Shown: in pieces, positions 27,298 through 36,350 of the stretch
How the letters are laid out: each line of letters begins with the position of its first letter
Numbering within the stretch: the first letter of the stretch is position 1
Origin: Deltaproteobacteria bacterium
GTDB lineage: Bacteria; Myxococcota; Kuafuiibacteriia; Kuafuiibacteriales; Kuafuiibacteriaceae
Length of the DNA stretch: 64,000 nucleotides
Direction of reading: 5' to 3'
NCBI GenBank assembly: GCA_040218735.1
Contig: JAVJQW010000058.1
Coordinates: forward strand, 64,001 to 128,000
The notes under the pieces: model-generated
The model's database searches: none
Seen by the model: only the letters and a program-made list of their open reading frames with translations
What the model was told of the DNA's origin: nothing
Made by a program: the position numbers and the translations under genes

Positions 27298-28596
27298 ATG
27301 AATCGTAGGCCGAGCACCGGGCTCCTCGTCGTTTTCGCAGGCTTCACGTTCGCGTGCGGCGACGCCGGCACCACCGTGCGCGTCGTCAGCCCCTACAACA
27401 CGACGCAGGGCATGAGCGGCGTGCGCGTGCGCGCGAACGAGGGCGCTTGGGTCACCGCCGACGCGGACGGGAGCGTCACCTTCGAGGACGTCTCCACGCC
27501 GTACCTGCTCGACATCGAGCAGAGCTACGAGACGACGCTGCGCACGAGCGACGATCCCGACGGGCTCGACGCGACGCTGCGGGATCTGTGGCGCCTCACC
27601 GTCATCGACGAAGCGTTCACCTTCGAAGTCGACGACTACGCGCCTCCCTCCGAGGACGCGTGCACCGTGAGCGGCCGCGTGGCGCTCGGCGAGGGCGAGC
27701 GTGCGCAGCTCGAAGTCAGCCACCTCCAGTTCGGGCTCGGCAGCTGGCAGACCGAGACGCCCGAGTTCGAGGCGGACCTCCGCTACGTCGTGCAGAGTCC
27801 GAAGCTCGGGGTCTACGCGGTCGCCGGGGTGCCCGACGCGGACGACGCGTTCTACGCGAGCATCTCGGGCGCGGGGCACATCGATGTCGACCTCCCCTCC
27901 GGTCCGTGCGGCACGCTCGCGAACGTCGACGTCCCGCTGCAGCCGGTCACGAGCCGCGCCGTCGACGTCGCGTACGACTCGCCGGACGTCGCGGGCCTCG
28001 AACAGATCTCCGGCTTCGCCAACCTGCGCTTCGACGACATGCCCGCCGTGTCGATCCACCTCGGAGGCGTCTACGGCGACCCGCCCGACGGGACGTTCAC
28101 GCCGCAGCTCTTCAACGGCTTCGGTCAGCCCTGGGTCGGCTTCTCGTCGTTCGGACAGGGCACCGTGGTCGACGGCGACGCCGCCGACTTCACGAAACGC
28201 TGGCGCTACTTCGAAGTGCAGTCGCCCTACGCGTACGCCGCGGCGCGCGTCGACGCCGGCGTCGACGCCATCACGCTCGCCGCCCCCGCCCCGACCAACC
28301 TGCTCGCGCCCGACGACGGCGCCGACCTCACGACGTCCACCGCCTTCTCCTGGCACACGGTCTCGGACGTCGACACGTACGTCTTCGAATTCCACTGCCG
28401 GTTCGTGGGTAAGAGCGCCGGCAACCTCGCGTTCCGGATGCACACCCCCGCGACCGAGGTGACCCTCCCGGCGTTCGTCTACGACCGAGTGCAGCCCGGC
28501 ATGCGGTGCGCCTGGTCCGTGGGTTACGTGCTCGAGTCGGACACCGCCGTACGGTCGGCCTACACCGGCGAGCGCTGGGTGAAGGATCCTCGATAG
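27298..28596 (+). CDS. Putative lipoprotein, beta-rich, 432 aa
   Basis: Signal with lipobox-like FTFA-C; RBS GGAGG; C-terminal 'NLLAPDDGA...FSW' Ig/FN3-like segment. Confidence 0.75.
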   Translation: MNRRPSTGLLVVFAGFTFACGDAGTTVRVVSPYNTTQGMSGVRVRANEGAWVTADADGSVTFEDVSTPYLLDIEQSYETTLRTSDDPDGLDATLRDLWRLTVIDEAFTFEVDDYAPPSEDACTVSGRVALGEGERAQLEVSHLQFGLGSWQTETPEFEADLRYVVQSPKLGVYAVAGVPDADDAFYASISGAGHIDVDLPSGPCGTLANVDVPLQPVTSRAVDVAYDSPDVAGLEQISGFANLRFDDMPAVSIHLGGVYGDPPDGTFTPQLFNGFGQPWVGFSSFGQGTVVDGDAADFTKRWRYFEVQSPYAYAAARVDAGVDAITLAAPAPTNLLAPDDGADLTTSTAFSWHTVSDVDTYVFEFHCRFVGKSAGNLAFRMHTPATEVTLPAFVYDRVQPGMRCAWSVGYVLESDTAVRSAYTGERWVKDPR

Positions 28597-28704
28597 TTCC
28601 CTGCCGCCCGCTCGAATTTCGAAGATTCTTTGTCAGGTTTCGGCCGCTGCCGGCAACTCAACTATGACGATGTTCGATTCCTGGCCGTGCCGACCCGCCT
28701 GAGC

Positions 28705-30330
28705 TCAGACCGTGGGGGCGATCTGCTCGACGATCCGGTCGAGCGCCGCCGCGACCTCGTGGTTGTCGATCTCCAGGGTCCGCGCCAGGAACAGGTGGAG
28801 CCGCGTCGCGTTCAGGTCGCCGAGGTCGTAGGCCTGCAGCGCCGCCTCGACGAACGGCCGCCCGCTCGTCGTGTTCGCGGAGACCTGTAGTGCCGGCCGC
28901 TCCGCGCCGGTCTTCTCGCGCTCCGGCGCGCGCATGTCTTCGGGGGCGCGTTTGTGTTCGTCGCCGCCGAGCATCTCCAGGTATGCCGCGCGCTTCGGGT
29001 CGTTCGACAGGACGCGGTAGGCCTCCGAGATGCGCCGATAGATCGCGTAGATCTTCTCCTTCAGGTCGCCGGAGCGAAGCAGGAAGAAGCGGTCCGGGTG
29101 GAACTCCAGCGACAGGTCGAAGTACGCCGTCTGCAGCGCGTGGTCGGTCGCGTCCCGCTCGACGCCGAGGAGCTGGTAGTAGTCGACCTCCTCGAGCAGC
29201 CCGTAGACCTTGCGCACGCGCTTCGCCAGGCGCTTGCCGAGCTGGCTCTCGTCGAGGCCGCGGCGCTCCTTGCCCTCCGCGCGCCGTTTGATCGCGCTGA
29301 TGCGTTGGTCGTCCGACGAGCTCGGCGTGCCCTCGCGCGGGATCTCTTGAATGAGGCTCGACTTCGAGATCTCCGGCGCCGAGTGCGACGACTGGATGCG
29401 CGGCTCCTCCAACGGATCCACCGCGCGCGTCGGGCCCGACGGATCGCGCTCGTCGGGGATCGATCGTGGCTGGAGCACCGGTGGCACCGGGGTCTCGGCG
29501 CGGTCCTGCGCGGCGAGCGCCTCGGCCGCCTCGCGCAGATCGTCGACCGGCGTGGCCGCACGCGACGAGGCTTCGAGGACGTGCGTTGCCGGCTGCCCGG
29601 CGTGTTCGAGCGTGCGCACCTCGATGGGCATGCCGTCCGCGGTCGGCTGATCGTCGATCGCGGTGGGGCGCTCCACGCCGATGCCCGAGGTCATCTCGGC
29701 GACGCCGTGCCCGCGCGGGGTCGGGACGTCGTGGTCGCCGATCTGCGGATCCACGACCGCTGCTCCGCGATCCCCTTCGTAGAAGGGGTTCTGGTAGCTG
29801 ACGACGGTGTCCATGTCCGGCTCGTTCGACGACGAGCGGGGCGGCGGACCCGCCGTGGGGATCGGGACGGGCGTGAGCGGTGCGCCGAGCACGTCCGTCG
29901 GATCCGAGAGCCCGGGCTCCGACAGCGCACGCGGGATGACGGGCGGCGGCGCCGGCCGGCCGTTCGCGAGCAGCGGCGCGATCGTCGACAGCACCCGCGC
30001 GCGCTCGAAGGGGACCCGCAGCATGGCGTCGGCGCCGACGGAGGAGGCCCACTCCGGCGCGCGGTGCGACGACTCGTTCACCATCATCACGATCGGCGTG
30101 TCCTCGCCGCGCGTCTGCTGACGGATGAGCTGGCAGAGGATCGTCCCGTCGAGGCGCTTCACGTGCGCGTACAACATGACGAGGTCCGGCTTGACCTCGT
30201 TGTAGCGGTCGAAGCCGTCCTCGCCGTCCATGGCGTAGACGAGGTGGTAGTCGGTGGACGAGAAGAAGCGATTCAGGAGCGTCCGGTGCTCCGGATCGTC
30301 GATGATGATGAGGACGACGCTGGACGGCAC
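28705..30330 (-). CDS. Receiver-like domain + linker + DnaJ domain protein, 541 aa
   Basis: N-terminal REC fold; DYYQLLGV...FHPDRF J-domain. Confidence 0.85.
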   Translation of the reverse strand: MPSSVVLIIIDDPEHRTLLNRFFSSTDYHLVYAMDGEDGFDRYNEVKPDLVMLYAHVKRLDGTILCQLIRQQTRGEDTPIVMMVNESSHRAPEWASSVGADAMLRVPFERARVLSTIAPLLANGRPAPPPVIPRALSEPGLSDPTDVLGAPLTPVPIPTAGPPPRSSSNEPDMDTVVSYQNPFYEGDRGAAVVDPQIGDHDVPTPRGHGVAEMTSGIGVERPTAIDDQPTADGMPIEVRTLEHAGQPATHVLEASSRAATPVDDLREAAEALAAQDRAETPVPPVLQPRSIPDERDPSGPTRAVDPLEEPRIQSSHSAPEISKSSLIQEIPREGTPSSSDDQRISAIKRRAEGKERRGLDESQLGKRLAKRVRKVYGLLEEVDYYQLLGVERDATDHALQTAYFDLSLEFHPDRFFLLRSGDLKEKIYAIYRRISEAYRVLSNDPKRAAYLEMLGGDEHKRAPEDMRAPEREKTGAERPALQVSANTTSGRPFVEAALQAYDLGDLNATRLHLFLARTLEIDNHEVAAALDRIVEQIAPTV

Positions 30331-30357
30331 TCGGACGCTCGAAGGTCAGTGGCCGTG

Positions 30358-30771
30358 TCAGTTGCGGACGGCGACGGGGATGGAGATCTTCTCTTTCTTG
30401 CGCTCGCAGATGTTGGCGTCGCAGACGAAGAAGGAGGCGTCGACTTCGATCGATGCGCTGCACTCACTCGGCGCGCCGAACTTCACGCCGAACTCGGGCG
30501 CCTTCGCCTTGGAGTCCTTCGCGTCCTTCACGGAGAGCTTGTCCTTGTGGAGCTTGAGGTCCTTCGACGCGAGCTTGATCTTCAGCGGGGCGTCGGTCGA
30601 GACCTTGTAACCCTTCGCCGGCTTGATGTGCATGTGGAACATGCCGTTGTCGCCGGCCTTGACCTGCTTGGTCGTCGCGCTGACGTCGATTTCGTACTTC
30701 TTGTCCGCGTCCGCCGTGTTCGGCTGGGCGGAGGCGAGGAGGCCGGCGACGAGGAATCCCAATGCGCTCAT
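30358..30771 (-). CDS. Secreted protein resembling DsbD N-terminal domain
   Basis: Signal peptide; 'IKPAKGYKV', 'FFVCDANIC'. Confidence 0.6.
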   Translation of the reverse strand: MSALGFLVAGLLASAQPNTADADKKYEIDVSATTKQVKAGDNGMFHMHIKPAKGYKVSTDAPLKIKLASKDLKLHKDKLSVKDAKDSKAKAPEFGVKFGAPSECSASIEVDASFFVCDANICERKKEKISIPVAVRN

Positions 30772-30805
30772 GACGAGCGTGAACTTACCAAGATCGCGTC
30801 GAGCC

Positions 30806-32119
30806 CTACAAGAGATTGGCGGCCAGCTCGGCCAGCTCGGAGCGCTCGCCCTTGAACATCGTCACGTGCCCCGCGATGCGCTCGGCGCGGAATCGGTTCA
30901 CGACGTGAACAAGACCGTTGTTGGTCGCGTCCATATAGGGATTGTCGATTTGGTAGGGGTCGCCGGTGAGCACGATCTTCGTGCCCTCGCCGGCGCGTGA
31001 CACGATGGTCTTGACCTCGTGCGGCGTGAGGTTCTGCGCCTCGTCGACCACCATGAACTGCGCCGGGATCGACCGGCCGCGAATGTAGGTGAGCGGCTCG
31101 ATCTGCAGGATGCCGAGGTCGATGAGCTCGCGGTACGAGCGCCCGCCCTTCTTTTCGTCGTTCGACAGCCCCATGAGGAACTCGACGTTGTCGAAGATCG
31201 GCTGCATCCACGGGGACAGCTTCTCCTCCACCGTCCCGGGCAGGTAGCCGAGGTCACGACCGAGCGGGAAGATCGGACGCGACACGAGGACGCGCTGGTA
31301 GATGCCTTCCTCGGTCGCCTTGTGCATGCCGGCCGCGATCGCGAGGAGCGTCTTGCCGGTGCCCGCCTTGCCGACGAGCGTGACGAGCTTGATGGAGTCG
31401 TCCATCAGCAGGTCCACCGCGAACGACTGCTCCTTGTTGCGCGGACGCACGCCCCACACGCCGTCCTTGAGGCGCGTGATCGGCACGACGCGCTCCAGCT
31501 CGAGCGACACCTTCCCGAGCGCGGAGTGGCTCGGGTTCGCGGCGTCCTTCAGGTGCACGAACTCGTTGGGCGCGTGGTACGGGTCGGGCAGGTCGAGGTA
31601 GCCCTGGCTGTAGAACTGGTCGACGTCCTCGCCCGAGACCTCCATCTCCGCGACCCCGGTGTACAGCTCGGTGATCTCGACGCGGTCGTGGTCGTAGTCC
31701 TCGGCCTCGAGGCCCAGGGCGTCCGCGCGGATGCGCAGGTTGACGTCCTTCGTGACCAGGATGCACGGCGCCTCCGGGTCCTTCTCTTTGACGTCGAGCG
31801 CGGTCGCGAGGATGCGGTTGTCGACGGCGTGCTCGGCCTGCGCGATCTCCGCGGGGAGCTGACGCGCCGAGAACGCGACGTAGAGCTTGCCTCCGCTCGG
31901 GAGCTCGACACCGCCGGAGAGGCCGTCCGTACCGCGCAGATCGTCGAGGCTCCGGCTGACCTCACGGGCGGATCGGCCGAGCTCGTTGAGGTCGCGCTTG
32001 AACCGGTCGATCTCCTCGATCACATAGATCGGGATGACGACGGTGTTGTCCTCGAAGGCGAAGATCGCGCTCGGATCGTGAAGCAGGACGTTGGTGTCGA
32101 GGATGAAGTTCTTCTTCAA
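30806..32119 (-). CDS. PIN-PhoH family ATPase (PhoH2/YlaK type), 437 aa
   Basis: FILDTNVLLHD PIN domain; GKAGTGKT, RGRS, DEAQN. Confidence 0.95.
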   Translation of the reverse strand: MKKNFILDTNVLLHDPSAIFAFEDNTVVIPIYVIEEIDRFKRDLNELGRSAREVSRSLDDLRGTDGLSGGVELPSGGKLYVAFSARQLPAEIAQAEHAVDNRILATALDVKEKDPEAPCILVTKDVNLRIRADALGLEAEDYDHDRVEITELYTGVAEMEVSGEDVDQFYSQGYLDLPDPYHAPNEFVHLKDAANPSHSALGKVSLELERVVPITRLKDGVWGVRPRNKEQSFAVDLLMDDSIKLVTLVGKAGTGKTLLAIAAGMHKATEEGIYQRVLVSRPIFPLGRDLGYLPGTVEEKLSPWMQPIFDNVEFLMGLSNDEKKGGRSYRELIDLGILQIEPLTYIRGRSIPAQFMVVDEAQNLTPHEVKTIVSRAGEGTKIVLTGDPYQIDNPYMDATNNGLVHVVNRFRAERIAGHVTMFKGERSELAELAANLL

Positions 32120-32204
32120 CGAGAAACCCGGGGTCCTCGGTGGGGACCCGGGCCCGTATAGCCGCGCCTAGGGTCTTTGACAACGGGCCCTGGGGCCGCG
32201 GGCG

Positions 32205-32537
32205 TCAGTCGAAGATGAAGACGACTTCGTCGGCGCGGACCCAGCCGAGCTCGTCGCGCACGACGGACTCGACGAAAGCGCGGTCGGTCCTCAGCGCGTG
32301 CGCCTGGCGGGCGAGCACCGTGTTCTCGGCTTCGAGCCGCGCGTTCAGCGCACGCACCTTCGTGAGCTCGGCCTTCAGCAGCTCGTGGCGCGCGATGCCG
32401 TCGTCGCCGACGATCGCCGCGCCGACGAAGAACACGACGAGCCCCGCGCCGAGGAACGACGACAGACGCATCATGAAGCTGGGGCGCGGGCTCTCCACGG
32501 GTTCGAGGAGCCTAAGGCCGCCGGGATCGGCCGGCAA
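32205..32537 (-). CDS. ftsB: FtsB/DivIC septum formation initiator family
   Basis: TM, GDDG, coiled coil, 'VESVVRDELGWVRADEVVF'. Confidence 0.82.
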   Translation of the reverse strand: MPADPGGLRLLEPVESPRPSFMMRLSSFLGAGLVVFFVGAAIVGDDGIARHELLKAELTKVRALNARLEAENTVLARQAHALRTDRAFVESVVRDELGWVRADEVVFIFD

Positions 32538-32599
32538 CTTTTTGGGATCGGGTCGAAGGGGCTGCTCGGGCTTTCAGTCTGGGCTTTCAGTCCCGGCGC

Positions 32600-33103
32600 T
32601 CAGTCGGGGCGGGCCACGAGCGTCTCGAGCGCTTCGGTGAGCACTTCGGGCGGCCACATCCCGTCCATGCGCGCGGCGATGTGGCCGCGTTTGTCGAGGA
32701 GGACGGAGGTCGGGCTGACGGAGATCGGCCCGAACGGTCCGAACTGGGAGGTGAACGCGCGCGGGTCTTCGACGCGGCCGACGTGGAACGGGAACTCGAA
32801 CGTGTCTTCGAAGATGCGGACCATCTGCTGGTCCTCTTCGACGATCGCACAGACGACCTCGACGTCTTCCTGCCACCGCTCGCGCATCGTCTCGAACAGC
32901 CGTAGCTCGACGAGCGCCGGGTCGGACCAGGTCCCGAAGATCGACACGATGACGACCTTGCCGCGGAGCCCCGCGACGTTGAGCGGCGCACCGTCCGCGC
33001 CGATGAGGCGGAGCGCGACGGGCCCTTCCGGGAGCGCGGGTCCCGCGTTGGAGCTCGTGGCGCAGGCGGACGCCAGCGTGAGGAGGAGAGCGGCGCGACG
33101 CAC
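32600..33103 (-). CDS. TlpA-like thioredoxin-fold lipoprotein lacking CxxC
   Basis: Lipobox LASA-C; 'LRGKVVIVSIFGTWSDPA', 'PTSVLLDKRGHI'. Confidence 0.8.
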   Translation of the reverse strand: MRRAALLLTLASACATSSNAGPALPEGPVALRLIGADGAPLNVAGLRGKVVIVSIFGTWSDPALVELRLFETMRERWQEDVEVVCAIVEEDQQMVRIFEDTFEFPFHVGRVEDPRAFTSQFGPFGPISVSPTSVLLDKRGHIAARMDGMWPPEVLTEALETLVARPD

Positions 33104-33744
33104 TAATCGTCGGCGTACCGCCAGGACTTGGTCCGGAGCAACCATGCATCGTGGCCGAAGTAGACGCCGGAGAACGGGCGCCCGGTGTCGCGCTCGTAGA
33201 ACGTGAGGTGCGGGTAGCCGGCGGCGGTCAGCGTGAGCGGGAGTGCGAAGGTGCCTTCGCCGGCTTCGACGTCGACGCTCGCGGGGTTGGCCGCCGCGTC
33301 GGGCTCGGTGGTCGTGACCGAGAGCAGGAGCTTCGCCCGCGCGCGGGAGGTGAGGCGGTAGCGGCCGTGCACCACGTAGTGGCCGCCGACCTTCAGGGCC
33401 GAGTGGTCGCCGACGATCCGGTCGACGGTGATGGAGTCGCCGGGCGCGAGCTCATTCGCCCCGCGCTCGAACTCCACCTCGCCGTCGAGGTCACGGGACG
33501 AGACAGGATCCTCGTCGAGCTCGGCGCCAACGACGAGGTCGAGGTCTGCGTCCCCGACGGCGGCACCGACCTCCGCCGCGGGCGTTGGACGCGTCTGCTC
33601 GCCGCACTTCGGCTCGCCCTGCAGGCGCGCGATCTCGGCGCGTAGCACTCGGATCTCGTCTTTCGTCTGCGCGTGCTCGTACACGATCACGCCGGTCTGC
33701 AGCGCGACCAGTGCGACGAGGGCGCCGGTGAGGGGGAGCTTCAT
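33103..33744 (-). CDS. Hypothetical membrane-anchored protein, 213 aa
   Basis: N-terminal TM + coiled coil; coupled to downstream gene. Confidence 0.65.
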   Translation of the reverse strand: MKLPLTGALVALVALQTGVIVYEHAQTKDEIRVLRAEIARLQGEPKCGEQTRPTPAAEVGAAVGDADLDLVVGAELDEDPVSSRDLDGEVEFERGANELAPGDSITVDRIVGDHSALKVGGHYVVHGRYRLTSRARAKLLLSVTTTEPDAAANPASVDVEAGEGTFALPLTLTAAGYPHLTFYERDTGRPFSGVYFGHDAWLLRTKSWRYADD

Positions 33745-33787
33745 CGCCGCCGATCGTACCGTCGCGGCGTCGCGTTCGTCAGCTGGG

Positions 33788-35695
33788 TCAGGGCCCGCGG
33801 AGGAGTCGCCGGAGATCGTCCGGCCAGGGCGCTTCGAACACGCGGCCGTCGGGGAGCACGAGGCGCCGCGCGTGAAGCGCGAGGCGCCCGGCCTCCGCCC
33901 CCCCGTAGGTCGTGTCCCCGAGGATCGGGAGTCCGAGGTGCGCGAGGTGCACGCGCACTTGGTGCCGCCGCCCGAAGCGCGTGGTGACCCAGACCTGGCC
34001 GATCGCTCGCCGCACGGAACGCCGGGACGCACCGACGGTCGTCACGTCTCCGAGGGCGCCGGTCGCCGGGGATTCGTTCGTCGTGGCGTCGACGCTGCTC
34101 GGCGGTGCTGCGCCCGTGCTTTTGTCGTTCGTCGTGTCGCGGTTGCTCGTCGTCGCGTCGCGGTTGCTCGCCGTCGCGTCGCGGTCGCTCGGCGGTGCTG
34201 CGCCGGCGCTGTTGTCGTTCGTGGTCGCGTCGCGGTCACTCGCCGTCGCGTCGCGAGCGCTTGGCGGTGCTGCGCGCGTGCTGTTGTCGTTCGTCGTCGC
34301 GTCGCGGTTGCTCGCCGTCGCGTCGCGGTCGCTCGGCGGTGCTGCGCCGGCGCTGTTGTCGTTCGTGGTCGCGTCGCGGTTGCTCGCCGTCGCCTCGCGA
34401 GCGCTCGGCGATGCTGCGGGCGTGCTGTTGTCGTTCGTCGTCGCGTCGCGGTCGCTCGCAGTCGCGTCGCGAGCGCTTGGCGGTGCTGCGCCCGTGCTGC
34501 TGTCGTTCGTCGTCGGGTCGCGGTCGCTCGCCGTCGCGTCGAGGCCGGTTCGCGATGCTGCGCCCGTGCTGTTGTCGTTCGTCGTCGCGTCGCGGTCGCT
34601 CGCCGTCGCGTCGAGGCCGGTTCGCGATGCTGCGCCCGTGCTGTTGTCGTTCGTCGTCGCGTCGCGGTCGCTCGCGGTCGCGTCGCGAGCGCTCGGCGGT
34701 GTTGCGCGCGTGCTGTTGTCGTTCGTCGTCGCGTCGCGGTCGCTCGCCGTCGCCTCGCGAGCGCTCGGCGATGCTGCGCGCGTGCTGTTGTCGTTCGTCG
34801 TCGCGTCGCGGTCGCTCGCGAGGCCGCTGGCCGGTGCTCTGCTCGCGCTCTTGTCAGGCGTCGTCGCGTCGTCGGTGGCCGCCGGAGCGCCGTACGCCGG
34901 CTTAGCGTCTCCGTGGGCCACTCCGCGTGGGCCGGCTGCCGTTTCGTAGCCGCTCGGCGGTGTTATCCTCGCGCGCGTCCCCTCGTCGTCGGGCGCGCTT
35001 CGCGTGGCGCCCTCGGCGGCGCGCTCCACGTAGGAGCGCGCGGGCAGGGCGTCGGGGCCGTCGCCGACGCGCACCCGGGGGCCGGCGTTGACGATGCCTG
35101 CTTCGACGGTCACCGCGCCGTTCGCGAAGACGGCGTCCAGGTCGCCGTCGACGATCGCGTCGTAGACCTTCTCGACGCGGTGCGCCCGGAACGCTTCGCG
35201 CAGCTCGGCGCGCGCGCGCTTGGTCTTGGCGAACAGGACGACGCCGGACGTCGCCGTGTCGAGGCGGTGCACCGCGCCGCCCTCGAGCGGGGGCCCGGCG
35301 TCGGCGATCGCGGGGCACAGCGCGACGGCCGCGTTCAGGAGCGTGCCGATCTCGTCCGGGTGCACGGGCGTCGTCGGGAGGCCGCTCGGCTTGGCGAGGA
35401 CGAGCAGCGCGTCGTCTTCGTGGAGCCGGACGACCCGACCCAGCAGGGACGGATCGGGACGCACCCTCGCCTGGGCTCGGAGCGTCCGCCGGACCACCAC
35501 CACGGCGCCCGCCTCCGCGCGATCCCCCGCGGCGACGCGCCGCCCGCCGACCTGGATCTCGTTGGCCTTGAGGCCCGCGCGGATCTCACGCACGGACGCG
35601 TCATGCCCGCGCGCGACGAGCGCTGCGCGGATCGCGCGGTCCCAGCGGTCGTCGGCGTGTTCGGCGTCGAGGGTGAATTCGATCGCGTCGGCCAT
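33788..35695 (-). CDS. RluA-family pseudouridine synthase with large internal repeat insertion, 635 aa
   Basis: KPSGL, HRLDTATSG, GRRHQVRVHL, PILGDTTYG, LALHA motifs. Confidence 0.88.
   Translation of the reverse strand: MADAIEFTLDAEHADDRWDRAIRAALVARGHDASVREIRAGLKANEIQVGGRRVAAGDRAEAGAVVVVRRTLRAQARVRPDPSLLGRVVRLHEDDALLVLAKPSGLPTTPVHPDEIGTLLNAAVALCPAIADAGPPLEGGAVHRLDTATSGVVLFAKTKRARAELREAFRAHRVEKVYDAIVDGDLDAVFANGAVTVEAGIVNAGPRVRVGDGPDALPARSYVERAAEGATRSAPDDEGTRARITPPSGYETAAGPRGVAHGDAKPAYGAPAATDDATTPDKSASRAPASGLASDRDATTNDNSTRAASPSAREATASDRDATTNDNSTRATPPSARDATASDRDATTNDNSTGAASRTGLDATASDRDATTNDNSTGAASRTGLDATASDRDPTTNDSSTGAAPPSARDATASDRDATTNDNSTPAASPSAREATASNRDATTNDNSAGAAPPSDRDATASNRDATTNDNSTRAAPPSARDATASDRDATTNDNSAGAAPPSDRDATASNRDATTSNRDTTNDKSTGAAPPSSVDATTNESPATGALGDVTTVGASRRSVRRAIGQVWVTTRFGRRHQVRVHLAHLGLPILGDTTYGGAEAGRLALHARRLVLPDGRVFEAPWPDDLRRLLRGP
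34060..34830 (-). repeat. 72-bp (24-aa) tandem repeat, ~10 copies, in frame
   Basis: G(T/C)TGTCGTTCGT recurs at 34211, 34283, 34355 ... 34787; peptide unit like DRDATTNDNSTRAAPPSARDATAS. Confidence 0.95.
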
Positions 35696-35707
35696 GGGGC
35701 CCGCGGG

Positions 35708-36286
35708 TCAGCGACGCGGCTTCGGGCCGGGTCGCCGGGGAGCCGAGCGTGAGGGCCTCGGCGCGCCGCGTGACGGGCGACGCGGCCCGGGGCCGCGCGA
35801 GCCGGGTTGGGGGCGCGGGCTGTTCCGCGGCGGCGTCTGCTGCGCACGGGGCGGCGCACCTCCGCCGGTCGTCTTGCGGGGCGCGGCCGTCAGCGGACCG
35901 CCACCGTGCGGGACCGGCTTGCCGTCGATGTCCATCTTCGGCTCGATGCCCCGCACCGCCTCCGGGGTGAGCACGTACCGCTTCGACGGCCGCCCGGCGC
36001 GCGCCATGCTGAACGCGATGATCCGGCCGATGGTCTGGACGTCGATCGAGTCGACCTCCGTACCCCACCGGTCCTGCGCGATCTCCCAGAGCGTCTTGCC
36101 CAGAACCTGACAGAACCAGGGGCCACCGACCCGCCGTTTGATGAGGAAAGTGGTGAGCTCTTCCTGGGTGAGGGCGCCGTCCCTGTCGGCGTCGAATGGC
36201 CTGAGCATCTCGGTGATCTCTTCCGCCGAGAGCACCTGTCCGTTCGCCAGGCGGCGAAGTTTGATGGGTAGGTCTAGGCCGGGCAC
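35708..36286 (-). CDS. EF-hand protein with Arg/Pro/Gly-rich tail, 192 aa
   Basis: DADRDGALTQEE canonical EF loop. Confidence 0.75.
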   Translation of the reverse strand: MPGLDLPIKLRRLANGQVLSAEEITEMLRPFDADRDGALTQEELTTFLIKRRVGGPWFCQVLGKTLWEIAQDRWGTEVDSIDVQTIGRIIAFSMARAGRPSKRYVLTPEAVRGIEPKMDIDGKPVPHGGGPLTAAPRKTTGGGAPPRAQQTPPRNSPRPQPGSRGPGPRRPSRGAPRPSRSAPRRPGPKPRR

Positions 36287-36350
36287 CGCTTCCTACACGG
36301 GTACACCACGGCCCAAGGGTGCGTCCAGTCGAGGGCGCCTCGATCCCCGG

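Noticed and set aside
34060-34830. CRISPR or intein
   Set aside because: No spacers; no intein terminal Cys/His-Asn motifs
33428-35752. Plus-strand ORFs (774, 345 and 266 aa) with hydrophobic or Cys/Arg repeats
   Set aside because: Shadow frames of the stop-poor 72-bp repeat; the minus frame carries the RluA motifs on both sides
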